A stretch of DNA of 64,000 nucleotides, from positions 2,304,001 to 2,368,000 of the forward strand of contig CP147778.1 in assembly GCA_037305845.1 (NCBI GenBank). Direction: 5' to 3'. A program made the position numbers and the translations under genes. The notes below the pieces were generated by a model, which worked only from the letters and a program-made list of their open reading frames with translations, was not told the DNA's origin and did no database searches. Of the stretch, positions 1 to 10,099 are shown piece after piece; the first letter of the stretch is position 1, and each line of letters starts with the position of its first letter. Origin of the DNA: Candidatus Freyarchaeum deiterrae. GTDB lineage: Archaea; Asgardarchaeota; Jordiarchaeia; Jordiarchaeales; Jordiarchaeaceae.

Positions 1-2
1 TG

Positions 3-272
3 ATAATAGCTGCGGGGCACGTAACTCTATTCGTAGACTCGGAGGACGATGAAGAGCTTGAGGAGATTGTAAAGAAAACCCCATCCAGCGCTTCAAAGAG
101 TTACGGGAAACCCTTCTACCAAACATTCAAAGAGGCAAAATTCGACTTCTACAAGATTGACCCGGGAATCTTCGCACCTGCAAGCATCTTGGTGAACAAC
201 ATCAAGACAGGCAAATCCTACACTGCAGGCAAAATAGATATTCCTCTACTCAAAAACTCAATAGGAATCTAA
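3..272 (+). CDS. mch: Methenyl-H4MPT cyclohydrolase, 3' part (5' end outside the window)
   Basis: Hand translation from base 3: ...KKTPSSASKSYGKPFYQTFKEAKFDFYKIDPGIFAPA...NNIKTGK..., the typical Mch C-terminus; TAA at 270-272. Confidence 0.92.
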   Translation: MIAAGHVTLFVDSEDDEELEEIVKKTPSSASKSYGKPFYQTFKEAKFDFYKIDPGIFAPASILVNNIKTGKSYTAGKIDIPLLKNSIGI

Positions 273-420
273 AAATATAACTCCTTTTTCTTTTACAATA
301 AAATAAGATTACGACCTGATAGTATTATTTTTTGCCTGCCTTAATTGTTTGTCTAAAATAATAAAATTGATCAAAATGGCTTAATCGTTTTTTGATAATA
401 AAAATGAAATTGAATTGAGT

Positions 421-1629
421 TTAGAATAACTCGTATTCTCTCTGCATGAATCCTTTCCAGATGTTCGGCATATCTTGCATTACTTCTTCAGCGATAGCCT
501 CTGCAGTGTCCTTAACAGCATTTATCGATCCTTCCATGTTTAGCTCTAGGTTGATTCCTTGGGGTTCAGTTATCGGAGCGCCTATTTGACTCACTATGTA
601 CACTGACACGTTTTCCACTTTTGGTTCTTCCTTCACTAGAGTGTCCGCAATTCTCCGAGCAGCGGTATTGTACGTTTTCCCAACGTGTGTCACTGGGTTC
701 TTCCCTGCTGTCGCCTCAAGAGTCATAGGTCTGTAAGGAGTAATCAAACCGTTTGCACGATTACCTCTACCAACTTGTCCATCGTCACCATGTTCAGCTG
801 AAGTACCCGTCACGGTGAGGTACATTAAATCATTTTTAATTACGTCCGCTGTGTTTACGTATACGTTTACATCCATATCTGTGATTTTTGAAGCCAGGTT
901 TAATGCCCATTCTTTGATTTCATCTTTTACACTAATATAACTGTCTTTGTCCGGGGTTTCACTGGATATTATTGCAGTTGCTACTGTTAGATTGATTGTG
1001 TTATTGCGTCTTACACCCATAACTTTTATGTCTTCGCCGACGGCCGGGCATTTTTGCTTGCATTCTGGCGAGTTCAGAGTTTTTTCTGTCTGATATACTA
1101 GTGTCTCGGTTTCTGTGAATGGTGCGAAGGAAACACCGAAACTTGTGTCATTTGCTCTGGGGATTTCGGGCGTCTGATCAAAGTTTCCCACTAGGTCAAC
1201 GCTGCCTGGTTTAATTTTGTAATCCACAATCAAGTCGCAGTTGACGTCAAGGTGTGGGAGCGTTTCGGCTATCCACTCTTTAGTGTGTCCGACGGCGAAT
1301 TTTCCTACGGGAACCTTTTTTGAAGAGTCGTGGCCTACCTGCACTGTTGCTCTACCTACTAAGAGTAGATATATTGGTTCCAGAATATCCCCGCCGCCAA
1401 GTCTGGCGTTAGACTGTCCACCGACCAGTACGCATTTGTCAACATTGTGGTGGAGTACACGTCCAAAGTTTTCAAGGTAGTACTCGCTGAGTGATATGCT
1501 TAGTTCTTCCGAAGCTCTATCACAGATGGAGTCTGGGTGACCTTTTCCCTTGCGTTCAACCATTTCCATTGGTAGATGAGAGGGGGGTAAACCCTGTGCT
1601 TTGCTTACTTCTAGATTCATTTCCAACAC
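421..1629 (-). CDS. mat: Archaeal methionine adenosyltransferase
   Basis: ERKGKGHPDSICD, ANDTSFG, GEDIKVMG and GKNPVTHVGK motifs. Confidence 0.96.
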   Translation of the reverse strand: MLEMNLEVSKAQGLPPSHLPMEMVERKGKGHPDSICDRASEELSISLSEYYLENFGRVLHHNVDKCVLVGGQSNARLGGGDILEPIYLLLVGRATVQVGHDSSKKVPVGKFAVGHTKEWIAETLPHLDVNCDLIVDYKIKPGSVDLVGNFDQTPEIPRANDTSFGVSFAPFTETETLVYQTEKTLNSPECKQKCPAVGEDIKVMGVRRNNTINLTVATAIISSETPDKDSYISVKDEIKEWALNLASKITDMDVNVYVNTADVIKNDLMYLTVTGTSAEHGDDGQVGRGNRANGLITPYRPMTLEATAGKNPVTHVGKTYNTAARRIADTLVKEEPKVENVSVYIVSQIGAPITEPQGINLELNMEGSINAVKDTAEAIAEEVMQDMPNIWKGFMQREYELF

Positions 1630-2025
1630 CTTTCAAAACTTAAACTCAATGAACTTAATTAATGTTTTTCTTAAGTCGTTCAATTTTTTAAATTTTGGTT
1701 TAGGTTTCACCCCTATTTTTTACACCTTTATCAATTTTTGTAAACCCTTTTTCCAAGTTTCTGTTCAATTTAAGTAGAGTTTGTTTTTATTGCTTTTTAA
1801 TGAACGGGGTTCTCGATGTACAGAATTCAGTTTTATTCCGTTTAATAATATTTAAATCATACTTCTATGCCTTTTTAAGCATATACATATTCGGAAAACT
1901 AGGAAAAGCAGAAAGAAGTTACATCAACTTCTGGAAAAAATTATTAAAATGTAAGAAATCTCCTAAAAAAATACTTATTTTATGAATTTTCCGGGTTCTT
2001 GAATTAAAAAATAGAGAAGGGGGAT

Positions 2026-2859
2026 TTAAGCTGGTTTTTCAGCGAGAGCGGTCTTTTTTACTATTTCGCCCGATTTTTTGTGAGGTTGTCTCAGCACTGT
2101 GTCTCCGGTTTTCTCTAGTTCTCGCGCCTCATCCGCTAATTTTGCGGCAACTCTCATCATTTCGTGTGCACTGGCAATGATTGGGATGTACTTTTCCGCT
2201 TCCTGTATTTTGAAGCAACCTTCAACATTCAGGTCAGCAACTTTACAAGCAATCTCATAAGCTGCCAAAGCTTTTGCCTTAGCGTAGGGATTCCTGAAGT
2301 TCAACGCGTCTACTGCTGTATCTTTATTGATTACTACTCGGGGAAGTTCTGGTTTCTCTCCTTTCTTTATTTGTTCAATAACCGAGTCTATCTCGTGATA
2401 TATCACAGAGAATGCACCTGTGGCAGCTAGAACACGGATAACATCTGAATTGAAGAGCGCCATCTCAGTTGGATCCAAGAATTCTCTTCGAGCTCCAATC
2501 ATTGAATCGGCGTTCACAATTATGTAACCCTGGTTTTTAGCTTCCACATCTTCCTTACACTTTTTTCCCGGAGCGTCCGAAACAACTATCAGAGGAATTC
2601 CCGCATCAGCCATTATCTCCCGAACCTTTCCAGGACCGGGTAAAGCCGCATTCGGACTCACTGTAATAACCAGATTCGGCTCAAAATCAAGAATCTTCTT
2701 AGCAGTCTCCTCAGCCTGTTCCGGGTTGAGCTTAGCTCCAGAACTCACCACCCGGACATCGATATCGTTTCTATCAGCTCTCTCATCTAAAAGAAGCTCC
2801 AGTAGCGGAGCAGAACCGATGTTTCCTAGCTTCACAAATCCTATTTTGACAACATCCAT
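2026..2859 (-). CDS. mtd: F420-dependent methylene-H4MPT dehydrogenase
   Basis: KLGNIG...LLLDERADR, SPNAALPGP and DSMIGARREFLDPTEMALFN. Confidence 0.96.
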   Translation of the reverse strand: MDVVKIGFVKLGNIGSAPLLELLLDERADRNDIDVRVVSSGAKLNPEQAEETAKKILDFEPNLVITVSPNAALPGPGKVREIMADAGIPLIVVSDAPGKKCKEDVEAKNQGYIIVNADSMIGARREFLDPTEMALFNSDVIRVLAATGAFSVIYHEIDSVIEQIKKGEKPELPRVVINKDTAVDALNFRNPYAKAKALAAYEIACKVADLNVEGCFKIQEAEKYIPIIASAHEMMRVAAKLADEARELEKTGDTVLRQPHKKSGEIVKKTALAEKPA

Positions 2860-3141
2860 AATATCACCATCTCTTTAAATTACTGTCATATACAGCCTTT
2901 CGTATAAACCACTATAAAAATATATTACACTCTCAAGCTCTTTGAGGCGCTATTTTTTGAGGCGTAGTGTACTATTTTTAAGGTAATAGATTAAGTTTAT
3001 TGTTTCCTTCCTCCAAAGAGCTTAAAAACTTTAACAATTCACTTATATTAAAATTGAATTTGATATTAACTTCAGAAAAAGACATAAATGTCTAACAACT
3101 ATCTTGAGAAGTTAAGATAGATAGATACGTGGAGGTTATGA

Positions 3142-4026
3142 GTGTTGGCGGAAGTTGTTGACACCTTTGCGGAAGGTTTCACTCTCTGGATGAGTAGAAT
3201 TCTAATAACTGCGAAAAATGAGAAATGGGCGAGAATAGCTGCTAATGTCGTCACAGGATTCGCAACCTCAGCGATAGGTTGCCCCTGTGAGGCTAGCGTC
3301 GATAAAGAGGTTCCCGCAAGTGGAACACCGGATAAGCGTCCTGGAATAATTGTAATGCTCTGCGCTTCAAAAAACAATCTTGAGAAAGTGCTTATAGATC
3401 GAATAGGACAGTGCATACTCACCTGCCCCACAACCGCGGTTTTTGATGCCCTAGGCGAGGAGCCTGAGTTGACTTTTGACACTGGGAACAAAATGAAATA
3501 CTTTGGCGACGGATTCCAGACAAAGGGTGAAGTTGCAGGTAAAGAGGTCTACAAGATACCGGTAATGGAAGGAGAATTTATTATTGAGAATAACTTCGGC
3601 GCTAAAAAAGGTGTGGCTGGAGGAAACTTCTTCATACTAGCGGAGAACGAAGATAAGGGACTGGCTGCCGCGGAAGCCGCAGTTGAAGCAATTAAAAAAA
3701 TAGAAAAAGTTATCCTACCATTCCCAGGAGGAATATGCAGAAGCGGAAGCAAAGTCGGGTCGCTTAAGTACAAATTCATGCATGCTACAACAAACCAAAA
3801 ATACTGCCCGACCCTAAAAGGCCAGATAGAGGACTCCGAATTACCAGACAATGTAAACGCTGTTTACGAACTGGTAATAAACGGATTAACAATAGACCTC
3901 GTAAAACAAGCGATGTCCGCTGGAATAAAAGCAGTCAAAAAAATGCCTGGCGTGAAAAAGATTACCGCTGGAAACTATGGAGGAGAACTCGGAAAACACT
4001 TCATCTACCTGAAGGAACTCGTATAG
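3142..4026 (+). CDS. ftr: Formylmethanofuran:H4MPT formyltransferase
   Basis: DTFAEGF, TGFATS, RIGQCILTCPTT, SGSKVGS and ITAGNYGG. Confidence 0.96.
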   Translation: MLAEVVDTFAEGFTLWMSRILITAKNEKWARIAANVVTGFATSAIGCPCEASVDKEVPASGTPDKRPGIIVMLCASKNNLEKVLIDRIGQCILTCPTTAVFDALGEEPELTFDTGNKMKYFGDGFQTKGEVAGKEVYKIPVMEGEFIIENNFGAKKGVAGGNFFILAENEDKGLAAAEAAVEAIKKIEKVILPFPGGICRSGSKVGSLKYKFMHATTNQKYCPTLKGQIEDSELPDNVNAVYELVINGLTIDLVKQAMSAGIKAVKKMPGVKKITAGNYGGELGKHFIYLKELV

Positions 4027-4489
4027 AAACACGCCACCATTTCTTACTTTTTTTAATTCACATTACCGAATACTGGTAATCCCCGACATCCTCTAAAAAC
4101 TAGAATAATTAACTTTTTTTAAAACTCAACCATTGTTTAAAATGTGTTTGTACAGAAACCCCACACTAATCCATCTACGCTTCTCTAATTATGCAGACTA
4201 CTCGCATCTCTACACCCTTTAAGTGTTTGAGGTTATTAAGCTGTGGAGATTAACAAAGGGTATGTCACCGCCTTATTAAGTTCATTAAGATGCAGAAGCC
4301 GTTTACCATATTTAAACAGCCAAGTAGGTTTGAGCCTTTTTCTTATAGCTTATAACTGCTATCTTTATCAGAATTATCAAGTGTCTTCATTGGTCTCATA
4401 ATTCTTCCATAAAGTTTAAAACCCAAAAAAACCGTCGTTAGTCGGATTCAATTTGATTATACTGCGCAAGTTTATGGAGGAAATAAATA

Positions 4490-6853
4490 ATGACTAAAAC
4501 CTCTGGATATTTGAAAGCAGACGAACTCAAGACACCTCTAGCAGCATTCAAAAACCTAGAGGTGCAAATAGGAAAAGTACTAGTTGAAGAAGAAGAATGG
4601 GAACCCATGGGACCCACTCCCAAACCCACTCTGACTCAGCTTAGATCTTGGTCGATAGATAAGCTTCTTAAGAGGTATCGCCCCTTTTACTCTCCATTCT
4701 GTGACCGCTGCTGTCTCTGTACATATGGTCACTGTGACCTAACAGCAGGAAAGCGCGGCGCATGCGGAATCAACATCGAAGACACCCAAGGCAGAACAAT
4801 TCTCTTGGCCTGCACCATAGGTGCTTCGGCTCACGCTGGACACGCGAGGCACATGCTTCACGACCTCATACAAAGAGTCGGCCCAGACTACCCCATCGAT
4901 ATGGGTAACGATATCGCTGTTGAAGCACCCATAATCCGTAACATACTCGGCATAAGACCCCAGAAATTGAGCGACTTGGAGGAAGTTATGGACTATGTTG
5001 AAAACCAGATAGTGCAGGGAGTCGCCGCTTGCCACACCGGGCAAGAGGGGAGTTACCTTGACTTCGAGGCTAAGGCTTTGCACATCGGTCTGATGGACTT
5101 CGTGGGAATGGAAGCAGCCGACATACTCCAGATAACAGCGCTGAACTTCCCGAAGGGTGAAGGCGACGCGCCTCTGGTGGATATCGGTCTGGGTTGCATG
5201 AGTACCGAAAAACCTATGATTCTAGTAGTAGGTCACAACGTCATCCCGAGCGTTGGTGTCATGGACTATATGCATGAACACAATCTAGAAGAAAACTTGG
5301 AGCTGGCTGGAATATGCTGCACCGCTCTGGACATAACCCGATATAATGCTCGGTATAAGGTTGTGGGCTCAATGGCACGCCAGTTGACCTTTGTCAGATC
5401 CGGTATCCCGGATGTCGTGATGGTAGATGAACAATGTGTCCGAACGGACCTTCTTGAAGAAGCGGCTAAGGTCAAGTCGGCATTCATAGCTACAAACGAG
5501 AAGAACTGTCTAGGATTAAAAGACAGAACCTTCGACCCAGTTCAGGACATTGTTGATGACCTGGTCAAGTACGCCACAGCCGGTGAGGCGAATGGTGCAC
5601 TCATATTTGACGGTAATAAAGCTGGCGAAGTCGCTGTGAGAACCGCCATGAAACTATTCCCCATGAGAAAGAAGTTCAAGAATGTTCCCAGCGAGGAACA
5701 GGTTGTAGAATACGCCAAACTATGTACCGAGTGTTACGATTGTGAGAGAGCTTGCCCGAATGACTCGCCCACCACAGAAGCGGTGAGGGCTGCTGCTGAG
5801 GGAGACCTGACCCCGCTTGAGGCCCTATACGAAGACTGTGTTGGGTGCGGCAGATGCAACGTCGTATGTAAAAAAGGTGTACCAGTCAAAGAAATGATTG
5901 ATGCGGCAGCTCAGAAAGAGATCAAGAGCGACGTTTATAAGGTAAGGGTTGGACGCGGTCCTGTTAAAGACACTGAGATCCGAAACGTTGGAGCTCCTAT
6001 AGTTTTGGGCGAAATTCCAGGTGTTATAGCTTACGTGGGTTGCGCGAACTATCCCAATGGACCAAAAGAGGTAGCTTTGATGGCTGAGGAGTTTCTCAGG
6101 AGAAGGTACATAGTAGTGGTCAGCGGTTGCTCAGCCATGGACATAGGTAGATACAAGGACGAAGAAGGTCTTACACTCTACGAGAAATATACCGGTGAAT
6201 TCGACGCCGGAGGACTTGTGAACGTTGGTTCCTGTGTAGCCAACAGTCACATAGTAGGGGCTGCAATAAAGATTGCAAACATATTCGCTAGAAGACCACT
6301 CAGAGCGAATTTTGAGGAGATTGCAGACTACGTTCTTAACCGGGTGGGTGCCTGTGGTGTGGCTTGGGGTGCCTACAGTCAGAAGGCAGCTTCCATAGCA
6401 ACTGGAGTCAACATGTACGGCATACCGGTAATTGTGGGACCACACGGATCCAAGTACCGAAGAATGTATCTTGGCCGGAGTGACAAAGACGAAGACTGGA
6501 ACGTCTACAATGCAAGAACCGGTGAAAAGGTATATATTGGTCCTTGTCCAGAGCACCTGATACTTGCTGCTGAAAACATGGACGAGTGTATTGTGGAGAC
6601 TGCGAAGCTGTGCTTGAGGCCTAACGACACCTTTAAGGGTAGGGCGATTAAGCTCAGCCACTGGATCGACCTATACCGCAGGAAGTACGGAAAGGACTTC
6701 CCAGACGATATTCACAAGTACATTAGGGTTGAAGGTGATATACCAGTCACTTTCAAGGAGGATCTCGTAAGAGTGCTCAAGGACTGGAACTGGAAGCCCA
6801 CCGAGATACCAGACCCTACACTGCTCGAAAGACTCGTAAAAGTCAAAAAGTAA
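4490..6853 (+). CDS. cdhA: CO dehydrogenase/acetyl-CoA synthase alpha subunit
   Basis: CCLCTYGHCDL, CHTGQEG, two CxxCxxCxxxC motifs, GSCVANSH and WGAYSQKA. Confidence 0.97.
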   Translation: MTKTSGYLKADELKTPLAAFKNLEVQIGKVLVEEEEWEPMGPTPKPTLTQLRSWSIDKLLKRYRPFYSPFCDRCCLCTYGHCDLTAGKRGACGINIEDTQGRTILLACTIGASAHAGHARHMLHDLIQRVGPDYPIDMGNDIAVEAPIIRNILGIRPQKLSDLEEVMDYVENQIVQGVAACHTGQEGSYLDFEAKALHIGLMDFVGMEAADILQITALNFPKGEGDAPLVDIGLGCMSTEKPMILVVGHNVIPSVGVMDYMHEHNLEENLELAGICCTALDITRYNARYKVVGSMARQLTFVRSGIPDVVMVDEQCVRTDLLEEAAKVKSAFIATNEKNCLGLKDRTFDPVQDIVDDLVKYATAGEANGALIFDGNKAGEVAVRTAMKLFPMRKKFKNVPSEEQVVEYAKLCTECYDCERACPNDSPTTEAVRAAAEGDLTPLEALYEDCVGCGRCNVVCKKGVPVKEMIDAAAQKEIKSDVYKVRVGRGPVKDTEIRNVGAPIVLGEIPGVIAYVGCANYPNGPKEVALMAEEFLRRRYIVVVSGCSAMDIGRYKDEEGLTLYEKYTGEFDAGGLVNVGSCVANSHIVGAAIKIANIFARRPLRANFEEIADYVLNRVGACGVAWGAYSQKAASIATGVNMYGIPVIVGPHGSKYRRMYLGRSDKDEDWNVYNARTGEKVYIGPCPEHLILAAENMDECIVETAKLCLRPNDTFKGRAIKLSHWIDLYRRKYGKDFPDDIHKYIRVEGDIPVTFKEDLVRVLKDWNWKPTEIPDPTLLERLVKVKK

Positions 6854-6869
6854 AGTAAAGGAGGAGATT

Positions 6870-7406
6870 GTGATGGCTGTTAAAGCACCGACCCCCTGGC
6901 AGACAGGTAATTATGGTGGATCAAAGAACGCTAGCGTTCTGGTTGGCGGAAAGGCTGCTGCTAAAATAATGAAAAAGAAGAGATGCCTGTTGATAGTCAG
7001 TGCTCATGCAATAAGAGAATTGGACGGCAAAAAACTAATCGATTACGCAGTTGAAATCGGCAAAGCCGGAATCCCGATAGTTGCAACCGCAACCATGATT
7101 AAAGAACTTCGAGGTGCGGGATTCAATGATGCAATAGATTTGCAATTGGTTGATATAACAAACAGACTAAAAGACCCAGCATGGATGGGATTGGACGGAA
7201 AAGGACCCTATGACTGTGTAGCCTACTTAGGCGGAATATACTACGTTCAGAGCCAAGTCCTATCTACACTCAAACACTTTTCAGACATTTTGACTATCAG
7301 TCTGGACAGAGAATACCAACCTAACGCCGGTTTTAGTTTCAACAACATAAAGAAAGGAGAATGGAAAAAAGAGTTAGATGATTTAGTATCTGAACTAAAC
7401 GCATAA
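6870..7406 (+). CDS. cdhB: CODH/ACS epsilon subunit
   Basis: Position after cdhA; W.GLDGKG.YD, LSTLKHF and YQPNA.FSF.N. Confidence 0.93.
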   Translation: MMAVKAPTPWQTGNYGGSKNASVLVGGKAAAKIMKKKRCLLIVSAHAIRELDGKKLIDYAVEIGKAGIPIVATATMIKELRGAGFNDAIDLQLVDITNRLKDPAWMGLDGKGPYDCVAYLGGIYYVQSQVLSTLKHFSDILTISLDREYQPNAGFSFNNIKKGEWKKELDDLVSELNA

Positions 7407-7418
7407 TTTATTTTTTTT
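7407..7418 (+). terminator. Intra-operon oligo-T tract after cdhB
   Basis: tttattttttttt immediately after the stop codon; function inferred. Confidence 0.35.
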
Positions 7419-7455
7419 GAAAAATTAAGATTAATGAAAAAAGGAGGATACCCAA

Positions 7456-8865
7456 ATGAGCATGTTTGAGGACATACCCGTGGACGTAGGAGTAGTATAC
7501 GAAGGCGAGCGAATTCGTGGAAAAGATATGCAATTCGAATTCGGCGGACCAAACGTAGAAAAGAAATTCGAACTGGTACAAGCCCGCGAAATGAAAGAAA
7601 TCCAAGACGGAAAAGTCATCATACAAGGACCGAACCTAAAAGACTTTGAGGAAGGCAAGTCATACCCCCTCGGCATACTAATAGAAGTTGCAGGCAAGCA
7701 AGTCGAAAAGGACCTTGAGGCAGTACTTGAGAGACGAATACACGAATTCACCAACTACGTTGAAGGCCTCATGCACCTAAACCAGCGCTACGACATCTGG
7801 TTAAGACTAAGCAAAGGTTCTTTCAAGAAAGGTTTCAACTCATTTGACTTTTTAGGGAAGGTTCTAGCAAGACTCTTCAAATCCGAGTTCCCAATCATAG
7901 AAAAGATACAAATCACATTCATTACTGACCCAGCAAAGATTGAAGACTGGTATAGCAAAGCAATGAAAATCTACGAGGCAAGAGACGCAAGAGTTAGAGG
8001 AATGAAAGACGAGGACGTTAAAGAATTCTACGGATGCGTTCTATGCCAAAGTTTTGCACCAAGCCATGTATGCATCATATCCCCTAACAGGGTCTCCCTG
8101 TGTGGAGCCATAAATTGGTTCGACGCTAGGGCTGCCGCACGCATTGATCCGAAGGGACCAAACTTCATGATTGCCAAAGGCGATTTAGTCGACGAGGTTC
8201 ATGGAGAATATACGGGTGTAAATGAAGCAGCAAAGCAAAGATCACTCGGAGAAGTTCAGCAAGTTTATATGTACAGCATGTTTGGTCACCCACACACCAG
8301 CTGTGGATGCTTCGAAGCCATAGCCTTCTACATACCCGAGGTGGATGGAGTAGGAGTTGTGGACAGAGGTTTCGAAGGCACCGCAGTTAACGGCTTAGCG
8401 TTTTCAACCATGGCTAACCAGACTGGAGGAGGCAAACAGGTCGAAGGATTCAACGGCATCGCAATAGAATACATGCGAAGCCCGAAATTCTTACAAGCCG
8501 ACGGAGGATGGAACAGAGTAGTATGGCTACCCTCCAACGTAAAAGAAAAAATCCAAGACGCCATACCTCCAGAACTAAAAGACAAAATCGCAACCGAAAA
8601 AGACGCAACCAACACAACAGACCTAAAAGCATTCCTAAAAGAGAAAGGACACCCCGTAGTCGAAAAATGGCCCGCAGAAACTGTTGAAGCCGAAGCAGCG
8701 CCAGCAGAAGGCGTTTCCACCGAGTACGCTCTACCCCAAATGACAATGGCAGCAATGCCCGGATTTATTCCAGGCGTAGGTGAAGGCTTCCAATTAATCT
8801 TCAAAAACGTAAAAATCAAAGCTGACAAACTAATAATCAGAAAAGAAGAAAAAAAGAGTAAATAA
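7456..8865 (+). CDS. cdhC: CODH/ACS beta subunit (acetyl-CoA synthase)
   Basis: FYGCVLCQSFAP, HTSCGCFE and TGGGKQVEGF. Confidence 0.97.
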   Translation: MSMFEDIPVDVGVVYEGERIRGKDMQFEFGGPNVEKKFELVQAREMKEIQDGKVIIQGPNLKDFEEGKSYPLGILIEVAGKQVEKDLEAVLERRIHEFTNYVEGLMHLNQRYDIWLRLSKGSFKKGFNSFDFLGKVLARLFKSEFPIIEKIQITFITDPAKIEDWYSKAMKIYEARDARVRGMKDEDVKEFYGCVLCQSFAPSHVCIISPNRVSLCGAINWFDARAAARIDPKGPNFMIAKGDLVDEVHGEYTGVNEAAKQRSLGEVQQVYMYSMFGHPHTSCGCFEAIAFYIPEVDGVGVVDRGFEGTAVNGLAFSTMANQTGGGKQVEGFNGIAIEYMRSPKFLQADGGWNRVVWLPSNVKEKIQDAIPPELKDKIATEKDATNTTDLKAFLKEKGHPVVEKWPAETVEAEAAPAEGVSTEYALPQMTMAAMPGFIPGVGEGFQLIFKNVKIKADKLIIRKEEKKSK

Positions 8866-8879
8866 ATGAGGGATAACAA

Positions 8880-10094
8880 ATGCCTAGTGACGATGTAACA
8901 AAACTTGGCAAAAATATACTATCAATACTGGAAAAATTTGGTGAACTAGAACTGCAAGACGTTACCCTAGAAGCTGATGAACTGGTACTTAAAATGGCCG
9001 CAGGGGTGGCTTCTATGGTTCCTAGAGCCATAGCCCCTGGGGTCGTACCCACAGTGGCAAAACCTTTCCAGCTTCTAGAAGAAAAATTCAAGCCTCCAGT
9101 ACAGACATATCCTGGTCAAATAGTAGAAGTACAATTTGGTCAAACCCGTGCTGAAGGAGGCACTCGAAAACAGATCCGTAAAATTGGTGGAGAAAAGGTT
9201 CCGCCATTCTACCGTTTTGAATACGATAACCCCAACAGACCCCTAGTCACCTTCGACGTTTTCGACATGAGAATGAACCTACCCAAACCAATCAGGGATC
9301 ACTTCGACGAGGTAATGGACGACCCGGCGGAGTGGGCGAAGAAATCCCTCAAGGAATATGGCGCAGACCTTGTAACAGTGCACCTAATCAGTACAGACCC
9401 CTACATCAAAAACACCCCTGCAAAACAAGCCGCAAAAACCATAGAAGACGTACTACAAGCAATAGACACCCCCCTGCTCATAGGAGGATCCGGAAACCCG
9501 GAAAAGGACCCCGAAGTCCTTGAAGCTGCCGCAGAAGCCGCACAAAATGAAAGACTCATGTTAAACTCCGCATCCGACAACCTCGACTGGAAAAGAATAG
9601 TCGAAGCCGCCAAAAAGAACAACCACAACGTACTCTCCTGGACCCAGCTAGATGTCAACAATCAGAAGAAAATGAACCAGCTAATCCTTGATGCAGGTCT
9701 ACCCAAAGACCACATCGTACAAGATGCAACCACTGCCGCCCTAGGATACGGACTAGAATACTCTTTCAGCATCTACGAAAGAATCAGAATGGCTGCCCTA
9801 AAAGGAGATAAAGACCTACAAATGCCACTCTCCTCAGGAACCACGAATGCTTGGGGTGCAAGAGAAGCTTACATGAGCGACAAAAAGAAAGGACCCGAAT
9901 GGGGAACAGTCAACTTCCGAGGCCCGCTATGGGAAGCAACTACTGGACTCTCACTGGCACTAAACGGCTGTGACATCTTCATGATGCTACACCCTGCTAG
10001 CGTTAAAATATTCAAAACAGTCGTCGAGTATCTAACCTCCAAAAAGAAAGACAAACCCAGCCCGCTCTTAAACTGGGTAACCACAAAAGTATAA
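8880..10094 (+). CDS. cdhD: CODH/ACS delta subunit (small corrinoid FeS subunit)
   Basis: GGSGNPEKDPEVLE, TTAALGYGLEY and NAWGAREA. Confidence 0.96.
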   Translation: MPSDDVTKLGKNILSILEKFGELELQDVTLEADELVLKMAAGVASMVPRAIAPGVVPTVAKPFQLLEEKFKPPVQTYPGQIVEVQFGQTRAEGGTRKQIRKIGGEKVPPFYRFEYDNPNRPLVTFDVFDMRMNLPKPIRDHFDEVMDDPAEWAKKSLKEYGADLVTVHLISTDPYIKNTPAKQAAKTIEDVLQAIDTPLLIGGSGNPEKDPEVLEAAAEAAQNERLMLNSASDNLDWKRIVEAAKKNNHNVLSWTQLDVNNQKKMNQLILDAGLPKDHIVQDATTAALGYGLEYSFSIYERIRMAALKGDKDLQMPLSSGTTNAWGAREAYMSDKKKGPEWGTVNFRGPLWEATTGLSLALNGCDIFMMLHPASVKIFKTVVEYLTSKKKDKPSPLLNWVTTKV

Positions 10095-10099
10095 AAAAG